A stretch of DNA of 64,000 nucleotides. Origin: Lytechinus pictus. Lineage: Eukaryota. The DNA lies in assembly GCF_037042905.1 (NCBI RefSeq), contig NC_087245.1, positions 30,072,001 through 30,136,000 of the forward strand, in the 5' to 3' direction. Below are positions 14,462 to 26,100 of this stretch, in pieces. A program made the position numbers and the translations under genes. Position 1 is the first letter of the stretch. The number at the start of each line of letters is the position of its first letter. Below the pieces are notes generated by a model. The model saw nothing but the letters and a program-made list of their open reading frames with translations, was not told where the DNA came from and searched no databases.

Positions 14462-14587
14462 CATTTTTACAGTTGACCCCGTGGAATCCTGGCCTACAGC
14501 TGCAAACATAACCAAGGTGTATATCAAGTGATTTACAATCGCTAAACCCACAATCTACTTTGTTGCACGGATCATCTAGGGAAAGTC
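14462..14587 (-). CDS. Coding exon: EGF-like domain
   Basis: DPCNKVDCGFSDCKSLDIHLGYVCSCRPGFHGVNC (6 Cys in EGF spacing); acceptor ttctttacAG (alternative in-frame AG giving start 14575); donor GTTAGA; phase 1-1. Confidence 0.9.
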
Positions 14588-15266
14588 CTGTAAAGAAATC
14601 ATAAAAAGGTGAGGTTAAAAGGGATGTATCTACCCCATTCCAAGAAAAAAAAATGCTTGAATAAAATGTTATCACGTGAAATCCAACAATTCCGTGAATA
14701 CAGCATGTTCTTATGTTGTTTAATCATGTCTTTATTCAAATTCAAGACAATGATAATGTAGCAAAGATATACATCACTAAAAAGACTCGGGGAAAATTTC
14801 TTTTAAGTTGTTTGTAAGTTCATAGTGACTTTAAGAACAACTGGTGATCCTTTCTTGTGATAAATGAATAATTAGCGCAAAAGATTTTTTTTAAAAAGGT
14901 TCACTAGTCGTTCTTAAAGTCGCTTTTAACTTTATACGAATAGCCAGGGGCCTCTTACATAAAGGAAAATCTATGGGATTTTTTTTGGCCAGAATTTAAG
15001 TGTCAAAGGTAAACCTTTTCCCCGAGTTTTTGTTTATTGCCAGAGTTTTTGTTTATTGCCAGGGTTTTTTTATGGCAAAAGCCCCCGGGTCAAAATATCT
15101 ACGTGAGCTACAAAACAAAAAACCAATGAAGACAAATTGTAGTATCATATACAATATCATATATATATATATATATATATACCTGGAATTGTATGAATGC
15201 TGGAGGTTAAACTTTTTTAAAATGAGGTCACCCCTCGGCCCTTTGAAATGGTGATTTCACCTTCCA

Positions 15267-16260
15267 TTTTTGTCTCGCCCACCTAAGGTGAAGGCGAGAC
15301 TTAGGGATCCAAATGTCGTCCGTCGTCCATCCGTCACAAACCTAATGACACCTAACTCCCCAACCATAAGTCGCTTTTCAACCAAACTTGGATGGTAGAT
15401 GGACTTGGGGGACCTGCATGTTATGCTGCAGTTGGAGGTCACATGGTAAGGTCAAAGGTCATTTTCAGGTCAACGTTAAAGTTTGCATGCAAGACTCTCT
15501 TATGACACCTAACTCTGCAACCGTAAGTCGCTTTTCAACCAAACTTGGATGGTAGATGGACTTGGGGGACCTGCATGTTATGCTGCAGTCGGAGGTCACA
15601 TGGTAAGGTCAAAGGTCATTTTCAGGTCAACGTTAAAGCTTACATGCAAGAGTCTCTTATGACACCTAACTCCCCAACCATAAGTCACTTTTCAACCAAA
15701 CTTGCATGTTAGATAGACTTGGGGGACATGCATGTTATGCTGCAGTCAGAAGTCACATGGTAAGGTCAGAGGTCATTTTCAGGTCAACATTAAAGTTTAC
15801 ATGCAAGACTCTCTTATGACACCTAACTCCGCAACTGTAAGTCACTTTTCAACCAAACTTGGGTGGTAGATGGACTTGGGGGACCTGCATGTTATGCTGC
15901 ATTCGGAGGTCACATGGTTAGGTCAAAGGTCATTTTCAGGTCAACGTTAAAGTTTACATGCAAGACTCTCTTATGACACCTAACTCCGCATCCGTAAGTC
16001 GCTTTTCAACCAAACTTGGATGGTAGATGGACTTGGGGGACCTGCATGTTATGCTGCAGTCGGAGGTCACATGGTAAGGTCAAAGGTCATTTTCAGGTCA
16101 ACATTAAAGTTTACGTGCAAGGCTATTATGACAAGTGTTATTCCATCCCAGTCATTTCACAATGCAGTTTCGATATAATTCTCTTGCGTGCCCTCGCAAA
16201 TCACAATATTTCTGGTCATTTTCATAAGTGAGCGAGACACAAAATTGCTTTTGCCTTGTT
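15267..16260 (+). mobile_element. Helentron/DINE-1-like non-autonomous element (family C) with five 157-bp tandem repeats
   Basis: SubTIR GTCTCGCCCAC / GTGAGCGAGAC, 5' partial inverted repeat, CCGT-type microsatellite, unit starts at 15345, 15502, 15659, 15816, 15973, 3' stem-loop CAAAA-TTGC-TTTTG, T-rich ends. Confidence 0.75.
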
Positions 16261-17720
16261 TACAATGAGGCATTCGTCGATTGCTTTTCTTTTTTTAAAT
16301 TTCAGTTGGCTGAAAAAAATCACCTTTTATTGATAAAAAGGGAAATTGTCTTTACAACAAGCCCAGGTGACCTGTTCTAAACGAACATGATACAGGGCAA
16401 CATAAAATGAATACCATACGGTAACAAACAATAAATGATATAGGGCAAAATTAAATGACTGTATTATACAAAAACAAAAATACCAGCTATTTTCAACTTT
16501 TCATGTGATAACTAGCGTTGTTGTTTACTTTTACAATTTTTGTTTAAATTTTAATAAATGCCCGATCACTTCTTAAATTAACTCATGGTGTACGAAGGGT
16601 TTTTATATTGTATCTAATCGGACTAGTAGCAATGGAACTGGTCTGTTTGGTCGATCTACTCCAATTTTAATCTGTAAGCTACGATCTGACCTGGGGAGTT
16701 TTTCAGAAAACAAAAGCTATGCGAGCGAAGGAATTTTATTGATTACTTTATACAGCGTAAGATGAATGAATTAAGGAAAAAAACTTCCACTTTTGATGTT
16801 CATCATAAAAAAAGACTAATTATTGATTTCCAATCTTAATTGGCATCCATTTGCAAGGGCATGGACCCACATTTAATCTACGAACTTCGAGGCGGTCTGA
16901 AACCACCTAATTTACCCCAATCAGAAAATACCAGGTATTTTGGTAATGAGAAAGCAAACTACGCGTAATTTCCCTGAAAGAAAATACCCGCTAAATAGTA
17001 GGTACTTGGCGAAATTACGAGAACTTTCGCGGGGATCTTTCCAAGGTCGCAGGTATTTTGGCGATGTGAAAGCAATTTATGGGAACTTTTAGCCCAGCGT
17101 GTCGTTGGGTGCGGCGCCGTGGGTGGCTGCTGGGCTAGTGATTTTGAATCTCGCGCCTTGCCTGCTTATTAGACCATACTGCGCATGCTCGTAACTTCAG
17201 GACCTTATCCCGAAGGGTTTGTTTCAGGGCGGTGTGAATGCAGAAATAATTAATGGGTATTTTTTCAGCCTAAAAAAGTTCTCGTAATTTAACAGGGATT
17301 CTTGTGATCGAGGCGGTTTGAAACCACATAATGAATCGACCTGATAGTGGATGTGCCAAAGATGAAATTTTATTGATTTTATTGAGCTCAAAAAAAAAAT
17401 GGAGAAGTTCGAAGAAAAAGGAAATCTACCTCTGGTTTTGTGATCATTATTACACTAGGAGGTCGCCATCATTATCAAGCCCTATCGTTCACAATGGCGG
17501 TCACCTGCTTTAAATTTAAATGTGATTCTGTTCATATTCATTTTCCTTAGATTATTATTACGAGTATTGAATTATAAATATGTGAAAAATTACCCTTTTA
17601 TGCTTTTTTGATATATTATATATATATATTTATTGTTCAAAACCCACCTTCACCCGACAAAAGAAATTATAATTACCATCTGACGGTCAATTGGATCGGG
17701 GTCGCCCTAGCCACTAACCC

Positions 17721-17792
17721 GTCTCTGTGGTCTAGTGGTTATGGCACCGGCGTTCAAAGCTGGGGGCCCGGGTTCGATTCCCGGCAGAGACA
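17721..17792 (+). tRNA. tRNA-Glu-like cloverleaf with nominal UCA anticodon (repeat-borne; function unknown)
   Basis: Acceptor stem GTCTCTG/CAGAGAC, A box TGGTCTAGTGG, anticodon arm CCGGC-GTTCAAA-GCTGG, T arm CCGGG-TTCGATT-CCCGG, followed by T6. Confidence 0.55.
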
Positions 17793-18128
17793 TTTTTTCG
17801 GCATCACCAATTTTTCCAAAGGGTAGATAACTCTGGGGAACCTTGATTTAAGCTACGCCTACCATTGTTCTCTTCATCCATTTCTTTCACACAATATTTA
17901 AATAAAAGAGTTGCCAAAGCTGTAGTACATGTATAACTTCACACATTTGTATAATTTCTCCCATACGTGTACAGTATCAAAGCAATAGCTTTGATCCAGC
18001 TGAGGCATGGCGGCTTGTCATTGTTCAAAACCCACCTTCACCCGACAAAAGAAATTATAATTGGTATGGTGTCGAAAATCTGTCTATCTGACGGTCAATT
18101 GGATCGGGGTCGCCCTAGCCACTAACCC

Positions 18129-18200
18129 GTCTCTGTGGTCTAGTGGTTATGGCACCGGCGTTCAAAGCTGGGGGCCCGGGTTCGATTCCCGGCAGAGACA
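18129..18200 (+). tRNA. Second identical copy of the UCA-anticodon cloverleaf
   Basis: Identical to 17721-17792, also followed by T6. Confidence 0.55.
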
Positions 18201-18381
18201 TTTTTTCGGCATCACCAATTTTTCCAAAGGGTAGATAACTCTGGGGAACCTTGATTTAAGCTACGCCTACCATTGTTCTCTTCATCCATTTCTTTCACAC
18301 AATATTTAAATAAAAGAGTTGCCAAAGCTGTAGTACATGTATAACTTCACACATTTATATATGTATATATATATATATATG

Positions 18382-18426
<45 letters not shown>

Positions 18427-18457
18427 CAAAGAGTTCTGCGTCGGCGTCATAATGTAG

Positions 18458-18650
18458 AAACAAAAAAAGACTTAATAGAAACGCCGTAAGGAGACATAAT
18501 CTTCCAAATTTTCGGTCATAGACCTTCTATCATCACCAAATGATGCAACCTGTTTTGGATTTAATAAATTCATCCCTGAAGAAGGTCTATGACCGAAAAT
18601 TTGGAAGATTATGTCTCCTTACGGCGTTTCTATTAAGTCTTTTTTTGTTT
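18458..18650. repeat. Perfect 71-bp inverted repeat; probable Penelope-like pLTR remnant
   Basis: 18458-18528 is the exact reverse complement of 18580-18650, with a 51-nt spacer, set in (TA)n. Confidence 0.8.
18569..18608 (+). ncRNA. Minimal type I hammerhead ribozyme-like motif
   Basis: tcatcc-CTGAAGA-a-ggtc(tat)gacc-GAAA-attt-ggaaga: conserved core, stem II, palindromic stem III, imperfect stem I. Confidence 0.55.
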
Positions 18651-18687
18651 ATATATATATATATATATATGTGTGTGTATATATATA

Positions 18688-19673
18688 CAGTGCGTATCAA
18701 AAAAAAGTTTACACTTTGAAAAAGCCCTGGGAATTAAATAATATACAACATGTGGGTAATTTTTTTCACATATGATCTTGGGTTTGGGTCTCATCTATCA
18801 AATGAAAGTAAAAGTTTTGACAGAATGTTACACTTGAGTGAGCACTGTCCATTTTTGTAAAGCTCGCAGAAATCTATTTGCGCAGAAATGCTTGTTTTCA
18901 CGCTGTGTCAAGGGGAACGGGCGAAACCAAACTTACCCTGCGAAACATTTTTCATACATTTCCCTTGTACTTTTAGTCAATTTAGATAAAACGAATACAT
19001 TCAAGCATTTTGTAACAATTTTGCCACCCTCATTGAAATTTCAACACTTAGTAAGCACAAACTTAACCCTTTTTGTGCCAACTGGATTTAAGGACATAGC
19101 TGAATCTGAACAAAAGTTTACATCAGACATCTCCAGCATTTTTCACTAAGTTTTTATCATTTAAAGTGGGTTTACATTTCATTTGTCATTTAATACTTGT
19201 TTCTCCACACTTTTCCCAAGCTTGACAATGATTAACAAGATGAAAATCAAGCCTAAGCCGTTTCATGTAAATCACAGCTCAGTGTAAAGCAAATATTGTC
19301 TTGATGGCCTTGGTTTGTGGGGAAGTGGGGTGGGGTGCAATGCACTCTTTGAAGTGTTTTGGGCAAGGAAACAAGATAAAAAAGGTGAAAGATATCTTCA
19401 AATAAATTTTACTAGCTAAATTCAAAGTGTTCTTCATGATTAAGGTCTCATTTTATTCGCATAACTATTTCAAAGTTCTGCGCAAATCAGTTTTCACTAA
19501 CTTTTCAAAAGTAAATGGTGCTCACTCAAGCGAAAACATTTTTAGACAGTTATATCGTAATTTGCTTAAATGGATTTGTACCAATGTTAAAATGTGGGAA
19601 AATCTTCAGGATATTACCAATGTATAATTTTATAGGAATTTTTCAAAGTGTAAACTTTTTTTGATACGCACTG
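18688..19673. mobile_element. Tc1/mariner-like MITE
   Basis: TIR CAGTGCGTATCAAAAAAAAGTTTACACTTTGAAAAA, TA flanks in microsatellite. Confidence 0.85.
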
Positions 19674-19704
<31 letters not shown>

Positions 19705-19711
19705 TACATAC

Positions 19712-20038
19712 CTTGAGAGGGCTGTATGCTTATCTCAGCAGTCACAGATTGATGTAGGACGGAATCAGTGAACAGCCATATAGATGGATGCTGGACTAAC
19801 ACAAACTGACCATAACTCCATGAACATCGAAATGTCCCCTGGGTGCGCTCGACTTTCAAAGCTGGGTGTTTATTTGAATAACTTAGATTCTCAGGAAAAT
19901 TTACACCTATAGCGTATCCGTCCATGCTCTGTATGTACCAAGACACGGAAAGATATGGCCTCCTGAACCCCGTGTATGCCACTGGATCCAAAACAAACGG
20001 TTTATCAATATCCATGTATAAAAGATGAGTGTTGGTTT
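19712..20038 (-). CDS. Coding exon: divergent CUB-like module (109 codons)
   Basis: Acceptor ttcctcatttcAG, donor GTATGT, 327 nt open, phase 1-1; (E)TNTHLLYMDIDKPFVL...VSWYIQSMDGYAIGVNF...SVTAEISIQPSQ. Confidence 0.75.
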
Positions 20039-21699
20039 CTGAAATGAGGAAAACGCAATTACGATAAAATGTATGGTCATAAAATCGAGCAACTTTCATC
20101 TAGATTTTAAATATGAATTAATGCGAGAACTAGGCGCTTCACGTGATGCTGCTGTGAAAACGTGTATGTTCGGTGCTTACTTTGAGTTTAAAACCCGCCC
20201 TTATGGCAAGGTGATTGATTATAAGTGGACTAACATGGACTTTTGATTAGCTTTGGGTAACTTTGATCGAATAATGAGCTCACCAGACAGTGTAAGTAAA
20301 CCTCAGGATGCAGTGAAAAAATCTTCACCATTAGCTAAGAAACTGAAAGTTAGTGATAGACCCATGCGTAGAAAAGTGAGTCAGTGCGAGAAGACGATGA
20401 CAGCCAACGCGGTGCCCGTCTTAGCGGCCAGTAATGCAAAACGTAGCCTGGACCTATACATGACAGTCAGACAATATCCTGCCAAATGGTTTGTTACGTT
20501 TTTTGAAAAATGTAAAATAGGTACAAGCAGTTATATACAGGGATACCCAAATATTTATTCGCAATTTTGATTCCTTTCATCCTCAGAGTCTTTGTGTCAA
20601 AGTTTTGAGGTTCATCATATACATATATTAAAGAACTCATAGATACTAAATATGCAGCAAATATATGCAAATAACTTGCAAATTTGCATAAATACAGAGT
20701 ATCTCATTGGATTAATATATTTCTTTTGACCCAAGGAACATTTTTGTCAAGCGGGGCACTTTTACTTAGAAAAATGAAGCGTTCAGTCTCTCTTAACAAG
20801 TCTACTAGAAAAAAAAAGAACGAAAATTGGAAAAATGGGAGGAGAGAAGAAAACAAACAAGAAGAAAAGTAAGCAGAAAAAAAAAGGGAACGAAATAAGG
20901 GGAGGAGAATTATTGGAAAATAGAAAAAAAACTTGTGATTATTCGCGCCTCGCTCTCACATTGCCAATTGAGTGAGATGTCAATCTGCTCAATGTGATAA
21001 CATGTAGCTTTAAATATCCCGTTCGCTTTAAGTCAATATGCATAAATAACTCTGCTCGCGATTTGATTTCTTCATTATTTTGTTTTAGAGAGCTGCGCAC
21101 CATGATAAGGCTTACTAAAAATTATACTCATCATAATTGTCAATCCTTCAAGGGTAGTACTTTTTTATGTGCAGGCGGGCCAGTCTTTCTACCACCCATC
21201 ACCCTCATTTCAATCTGTGAAATTAGATTTTTAGCAAAGGGAAACGAACAAAAAAGGGAGATGGAAGCAAATGAATGAAAGGAGATTGGGCAGATCGCGA
21301 AGAGCTCGCTCTCTTTTTTTTGGTATGTGGACCAATGCTGGTTATAATATTTCTTAAACTGTAAAAGGTTGTTGTATTTCATATGTTTACCGCATTTTGC
21401 GATAGTAATACTTATAATATTCTTTTTAAAATATAAAATGGGGCGACAATTACAAATAAAAGGACCCTTTTTCAATTACATTGTTCTAACCATTCATTAT
21501 CCCAATCGTAATTCTCCCTTTTGTTGGGTTGGGTGTGAGAGAGAGAGGGGGAGTCTGGATTGCTGAAACGCCTGAATCCACCACTAATGGTAGTCATCAT
21601 CAAATTTTTAAAAATCATTATCAATGATTTTAAGGTATAATCATCATTTCGCTCTCCTCCTCAGATAACGCAAAGTATTTTTATTAGATGAAATGGACT

Positions 21700-22120
21700 T
21701 AAATAGCTATTGGACGATTTTGGAAGTGGACGAAATGGTTATTTTGACGAATTACCTTTTATGCGAACTGATCATTTGACCTAATAGATTGGTTGATGGA
21801 CGAAATGATAATAGCACGAAATGGCAGTTGGAGGAGTTGATAAGTAGACAATGTGGATATTGGAGCTGACATGTCTTTTAGCCAAAATGAAAGTTAGACG
21901 TACTGATTAATGGACGATTTGGCATCACACGAAATGTGATTCAGACAAAATGGTCGGACAAAATGGTTGTAGACGGTTTGCTATTAGACCTACTGGTGAT
22001 TAGACGAAATGGCTATTGGACAAATGACTTGACAAAATGAGTGATAGACGAAATGTTGATGGACGAAATGGCATTAGACATAATGAAGGTAGACCATGTG
22101 GTGAGTGGACTGAATGAGTA
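21700..22120. repeat. Degenerate ~20-bp minisatellite (GACGAAATGG core)
   Basis: Recurrent TAGACGAAATGG / TGGACGAAATG units. Confidence 0.6.
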
Positions 22121-22444
22121 GACATTTTTGCACTTTATAGCCTACCAAAGAAGCAAAGACATAAAAACAAACGGGACCTTGTGAAACTTAGCCAGGCACT
22201 CGCTATGTTAGAATAGCAAGGCAAAGTCATGCAGGGCCAGTTGAACAATCAGACAATAACTGGAGTGGCTACCGTGGGTAAATATGAAATATATTATTAG
22301 TCAGTAGTAGTAGTCTTATTTTTTCATTATTATTAGTGTAGTGTTATGAGTATTATCATTATGATTTATTGATTAATATTATTATTATCATTATTTTTAA
22401 CATAGAATTATTACTTATGGCTATCATCATTTTTATTTCCTTAC

Positions 22445-22558
22445 CTAGTAGGCAGTTGAACCCAGCAAAACCTGGAAAACATGTACAGATGAATCCATAA
22501 AGTGTATTCTGGCAGTCGCTACCTGCAGAGCATGGCGAGTCATCGCATGTAGGAGCCA
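22445..22558 (-). CDS. Coding exon: EGF-like domain
   Basis: (V)APTCDDSPCSAGSDCQNTLYGFICTCFPGFAGFNCLL; acceptor ttttcgctAG, donor GTAAGG; 114 nt, phase 1-1. Confidence 0.92.
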   Translation of the reverse strand, partial: WLLHAMTRHALQVATARIHFMDSSVHVFQVLLGSTAY

Positions 22559-22687
22559 CTAGCGAAAACAACCAAACGAGGGGTATAAGCGTATTAAATC
22601 AGCCTATTCCGAACTTGAGGTTTTTGGAGACATTTGAAACTGAAAACTGGTCTAGGATATAGAAGTATATATATATATATATATATA

Positions 22688-23134
22688 TAGTTGAGGCCAG
22701 AAGTTTACATACGCCCAGGAAATTCAAACAGAAGTTGACCCTTGTCAAACATAAAATCGACTGTATCTTATGAAATATTTGTGCTATGACATGCCCCTAT
22801 ATCACGTTCCTTTGTCATCGGAAGCTGAAAAATATTTAGGTGTCATTTTTTTCCCAGGAATCTCCATATTTTGGACAAATTAAAAATGAAAACTTGACAA
22901 AAACTTCATATTTGTGCTAGTTACCTATCAACACAAACATTTCAGATTACAATTTTTTGTTTATTGGTGACATATCATGATAGAAAACTACATTTGGCAT
23001 GAATATTAATTTTCCCTTCAATGAAAATTTCACATGAAATATACTTTAATTCCAAAGGCATCCCAATTATACGAGAAAGCCTATTGTGCTCTTTCATTTG
23101 ATACCAAATTTGTCATGGTAATATTTACATTTCA
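22688..23134 (+). mobile_element. Truncated Tc1-like element end
   Basis: After (TA)n, TAGTTGAGGCCAGAAGTTTACATAC resembles the Sleeping Beauty/Tdr1-type terminus CAGTTGAAGTCGGAAGTTTACATAC; no partner end found. Confidence 0.5.
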
Positions 23135-26100
23135 TGTAATAACACTTTACCCACAAATGTAATAACGCCCACAAATGTAATAACACTCTACCCACAAATG
23201 TAATAATATTACCCACAAATGTAATAATGTACTTTACCCACAAATGTAATAATTTTTGATCGCCCACAAATGTAATAATGACTTTACCCACAAATGTAAT
23301 AAATTTGAAGGGATTTTTGGCGAATCCGTTCTAAACTAAAATCCTATAGTATTGCGTTCATATAGCACAAAAGTGCAAAGTCTTTTTTGCAAACCCAGTT
23401 AATTAAACATTATAGTACAAGTCCAAAGCCTTTTTCCAGACCCGATTGTTCAAAATTATAAAATACGTCCAGTCTTTTTTCCAGACCCGGTTAATTCAAA
23501 AATTATAATATACGTCCAAAGTTTTTTTTCCAGACTCGGTTGTTTCAAAAATTTTAATATAAATCCAAAGTCTTTTTTCCAGACCTGGTTGTTTAGAAAT
23601 TATAATAAAAATCCAAAGTCTTTTTTTCAGACCCGGTTGTTTAAAAAATTATAATATAAGTCCAAATTCTTTTTTCCAGACCGGGTTGTTTAAAAAATTA
23701 TAATATACTTCTAAAGTCTTTTTTCCAGACCCGGTTGATTCAAAAATTATAATATATGTCCAAAGTCTTTTTCCAGACCCGGTTGTTTCAAAAATTATAA
23801 TATAAGTCCAAAGTCTTTTTTCCAGACCCGGTTGTTCCAAAAATTATAATATAAGTCCAAAGTCCTTTTTCCAGACCCGGTTATTTAAAAAATTATAAAA
23901 TAAGTACAAACTAAGTTACGTTAATTTTATTCCAGAAAAAAAATGAGAATCGAGCTTAGTCTTTTCTCCAGACCAAGTTAATTAAAACTGGTGGAATTAA
24001 TGTCTTTGTTGTTGTTTTAACTTACACGGCATATATTGTGAATATATGCTCTAAGAGTAAATTGAGAATCAAGCGTAGTCTTTTCCCTAGACCCGGTTAC
24101 TTAAAACTAAAAACTAAACCCTATAGCAATGCGTTCATATAGCACAAAAGTGCAAAGTCTTTTTTCCAGACCCGGATAATTAAACAACTACAATATAAGT
24201 CCAAAGTCTTTTTTCCAGACCCGGTTGTTAAAAAATTATAGTATAAGTCCAAAGTCTTTTTTCCAGACCCGGTTGTTCAAAAAATTATAATATAAGTCCA
24301 AAGTCTTTTTTCCAGACCCGGTTAATTAAAAAATTATAATGCAAATCCAAAGTCTTTTTTCCAGACCCGGTTGATTAAAAAATTATAATATACGTCCAAA
24401 GTCTTTTTTCCAGACCCGGTTGTTTCTAAAATTATAATATACGTCCAAAGTTTTTTTTCCAGACCCGGTTGTTTCAAAAATTATAATATATGTCCAAAGT
24501 CTTTTTCCAGACCCGGTTGTTTAAAAAATTATAATATAAGTCCAAAGTCTTTTTTTCCAGACCTGGTTGTTTCAAAAATTATAATAAAAGTCCAAAGTCT
24601 TTTTTCCAGACCCGGTTGTTAAAAAAATTATAGGATAAGTACAAACTAAGTTACGTTAATTTTATTCCAGAAAAAAATGAGAATCGAGCTTAGTCTTTTC
24701 TCCAGACCAAGTTAATTAAATCTGGTGGAATTAATGTCTTTGTTGTTGTTTTAACTTATGCGGCATATATTGTGAATATATGCTCTAAGAGTAAATTGAG
24801 AATCAAGCGTAGTCTTTTCCCTAGACCCGGTTACTTAAAACTAAAAACTAAGCCCTATAGCAATGCGTTCATATAGCACAAAAGTGCAAAGTCTTTTTTC
24901 CAGACCCGGATAATTAAACAACTACAATATAAGTCCAAAGTCTTTTTTCCAGACCCGGTTGTTAAAAAATTATAATATAAGTCCAAAGTCTTTTTTCCAG
25001 ACCCGGTTGTTCAAAAAATTATAATATAAGTCCAAAGTCTTTTTTCCAGACCCGGTAAATTCAAAAATTATAATGCAAATCCAAAGTCTTTTTTCCAGAC
25101 CTGGTTGATTAAAAAATTATAATATACGTCCAAAGTCTTTTTTCCAGACCCGGTTGTTTCTGAAATTATAATATACGTCCAAAGTTTTTTTTCCAGACCC
25201 GGTTGTTTAAAAAATTGTAGTATAAATCCAAAGTCTTTTTTCCAGACCTGGTTGTTTAAAAATTATGATATAAATCCAAAGTCTTTTTTTCAGACCCGGT
25301 TGTTTAAGAAATTATAATGTAAGTTCAAAGTCTTTTTTCCAGACCCGGTTGTTTAAAAAAAATTGATATAAGTCCAGTCTTTTTCCAGACCCGGTTATTT
25401 CAAAAATTATAATATAAGTCTAAACTAAGATACGATAATGATATTCCAGTGGAAAAATTAAAAAAATCAAGCTTAGTCTTTTCTCCAGACCCAACTGGCG
25501 GAATTAATGTCTTTGTTGTTTCAACTTATACGGCATATATTGTGAATATATGCGCTAAGAGTAAATTGAGAATCAAGTGTAGTCTTTTCTCCAGACCCGG
25601 TTATCTAAAACTAAAAACTAAACCCTATAGCAATGCTTTCATATAGCACAAAAGTGCAAAGTGTTTTTTCCAGACCCGGCTATTAAAAAATGAATGAAAA
25701 AACTTCAAATCTAAGACCAGTTTTCCAAAGTTTCATCCAGTAAAAAAAATATGTCTTTACCCCAAACCCATTTTTTTTTTTAGTAATACTACGACCCCTA
25801 CAAAACATTGTAATAATGCATGGGTAAAGCAAACATCCTTTCTCCAGACTTGGTTATTATTTGAAAAGAATAAAGTAGTTTTTTACAAATATTCTAAAAC
25901 GAATACCCAATAATCTAATTACTGTGGAATAACATGAAGACCGATTGCCAAAGATCGACTTTCCTCCAGACACAATTATTTCAAGAATAAAAAAAATCAA
26001 TAATACCCAACCCCCCAAAACGAATCTTAGAACAAACAATCCTCCAAATTAAGACCATGCATGTAGAAAAGCACATGTTTAGAGCGTTGTCTTTATTCCA

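Larger units (their letters stand above)
17632..18356. repeat. Tandem duplication of a ~400-bp unit within (TA)n, each copy carrying a tRNA-like cloverleaf
   Basis: Units start at about 17632 and 18021; nearly identical except for a ~19-bp indel. Confidence 0.9.

Noticed and set aside
16876..17330. Element with GAGGCGGTyTGAAACCAC at both ends in direct orientation
   Set aside because: Probably a rearranged MITE; boundaries could not be established from the sequence alone.
17721..17792. Calling the UCA cloverleaf tRNA-Sec
   Set aside because: Short variable loop and 7-bp acceptor stem are incompatible with tRNA-Sec structure.
23400..25680. Regular 49-bp repeats resembling a CRISPR array
   Set aside because: No unique spacers, no cas genes, eukaryotic context; it is a tandem satellite in a foldback arm.
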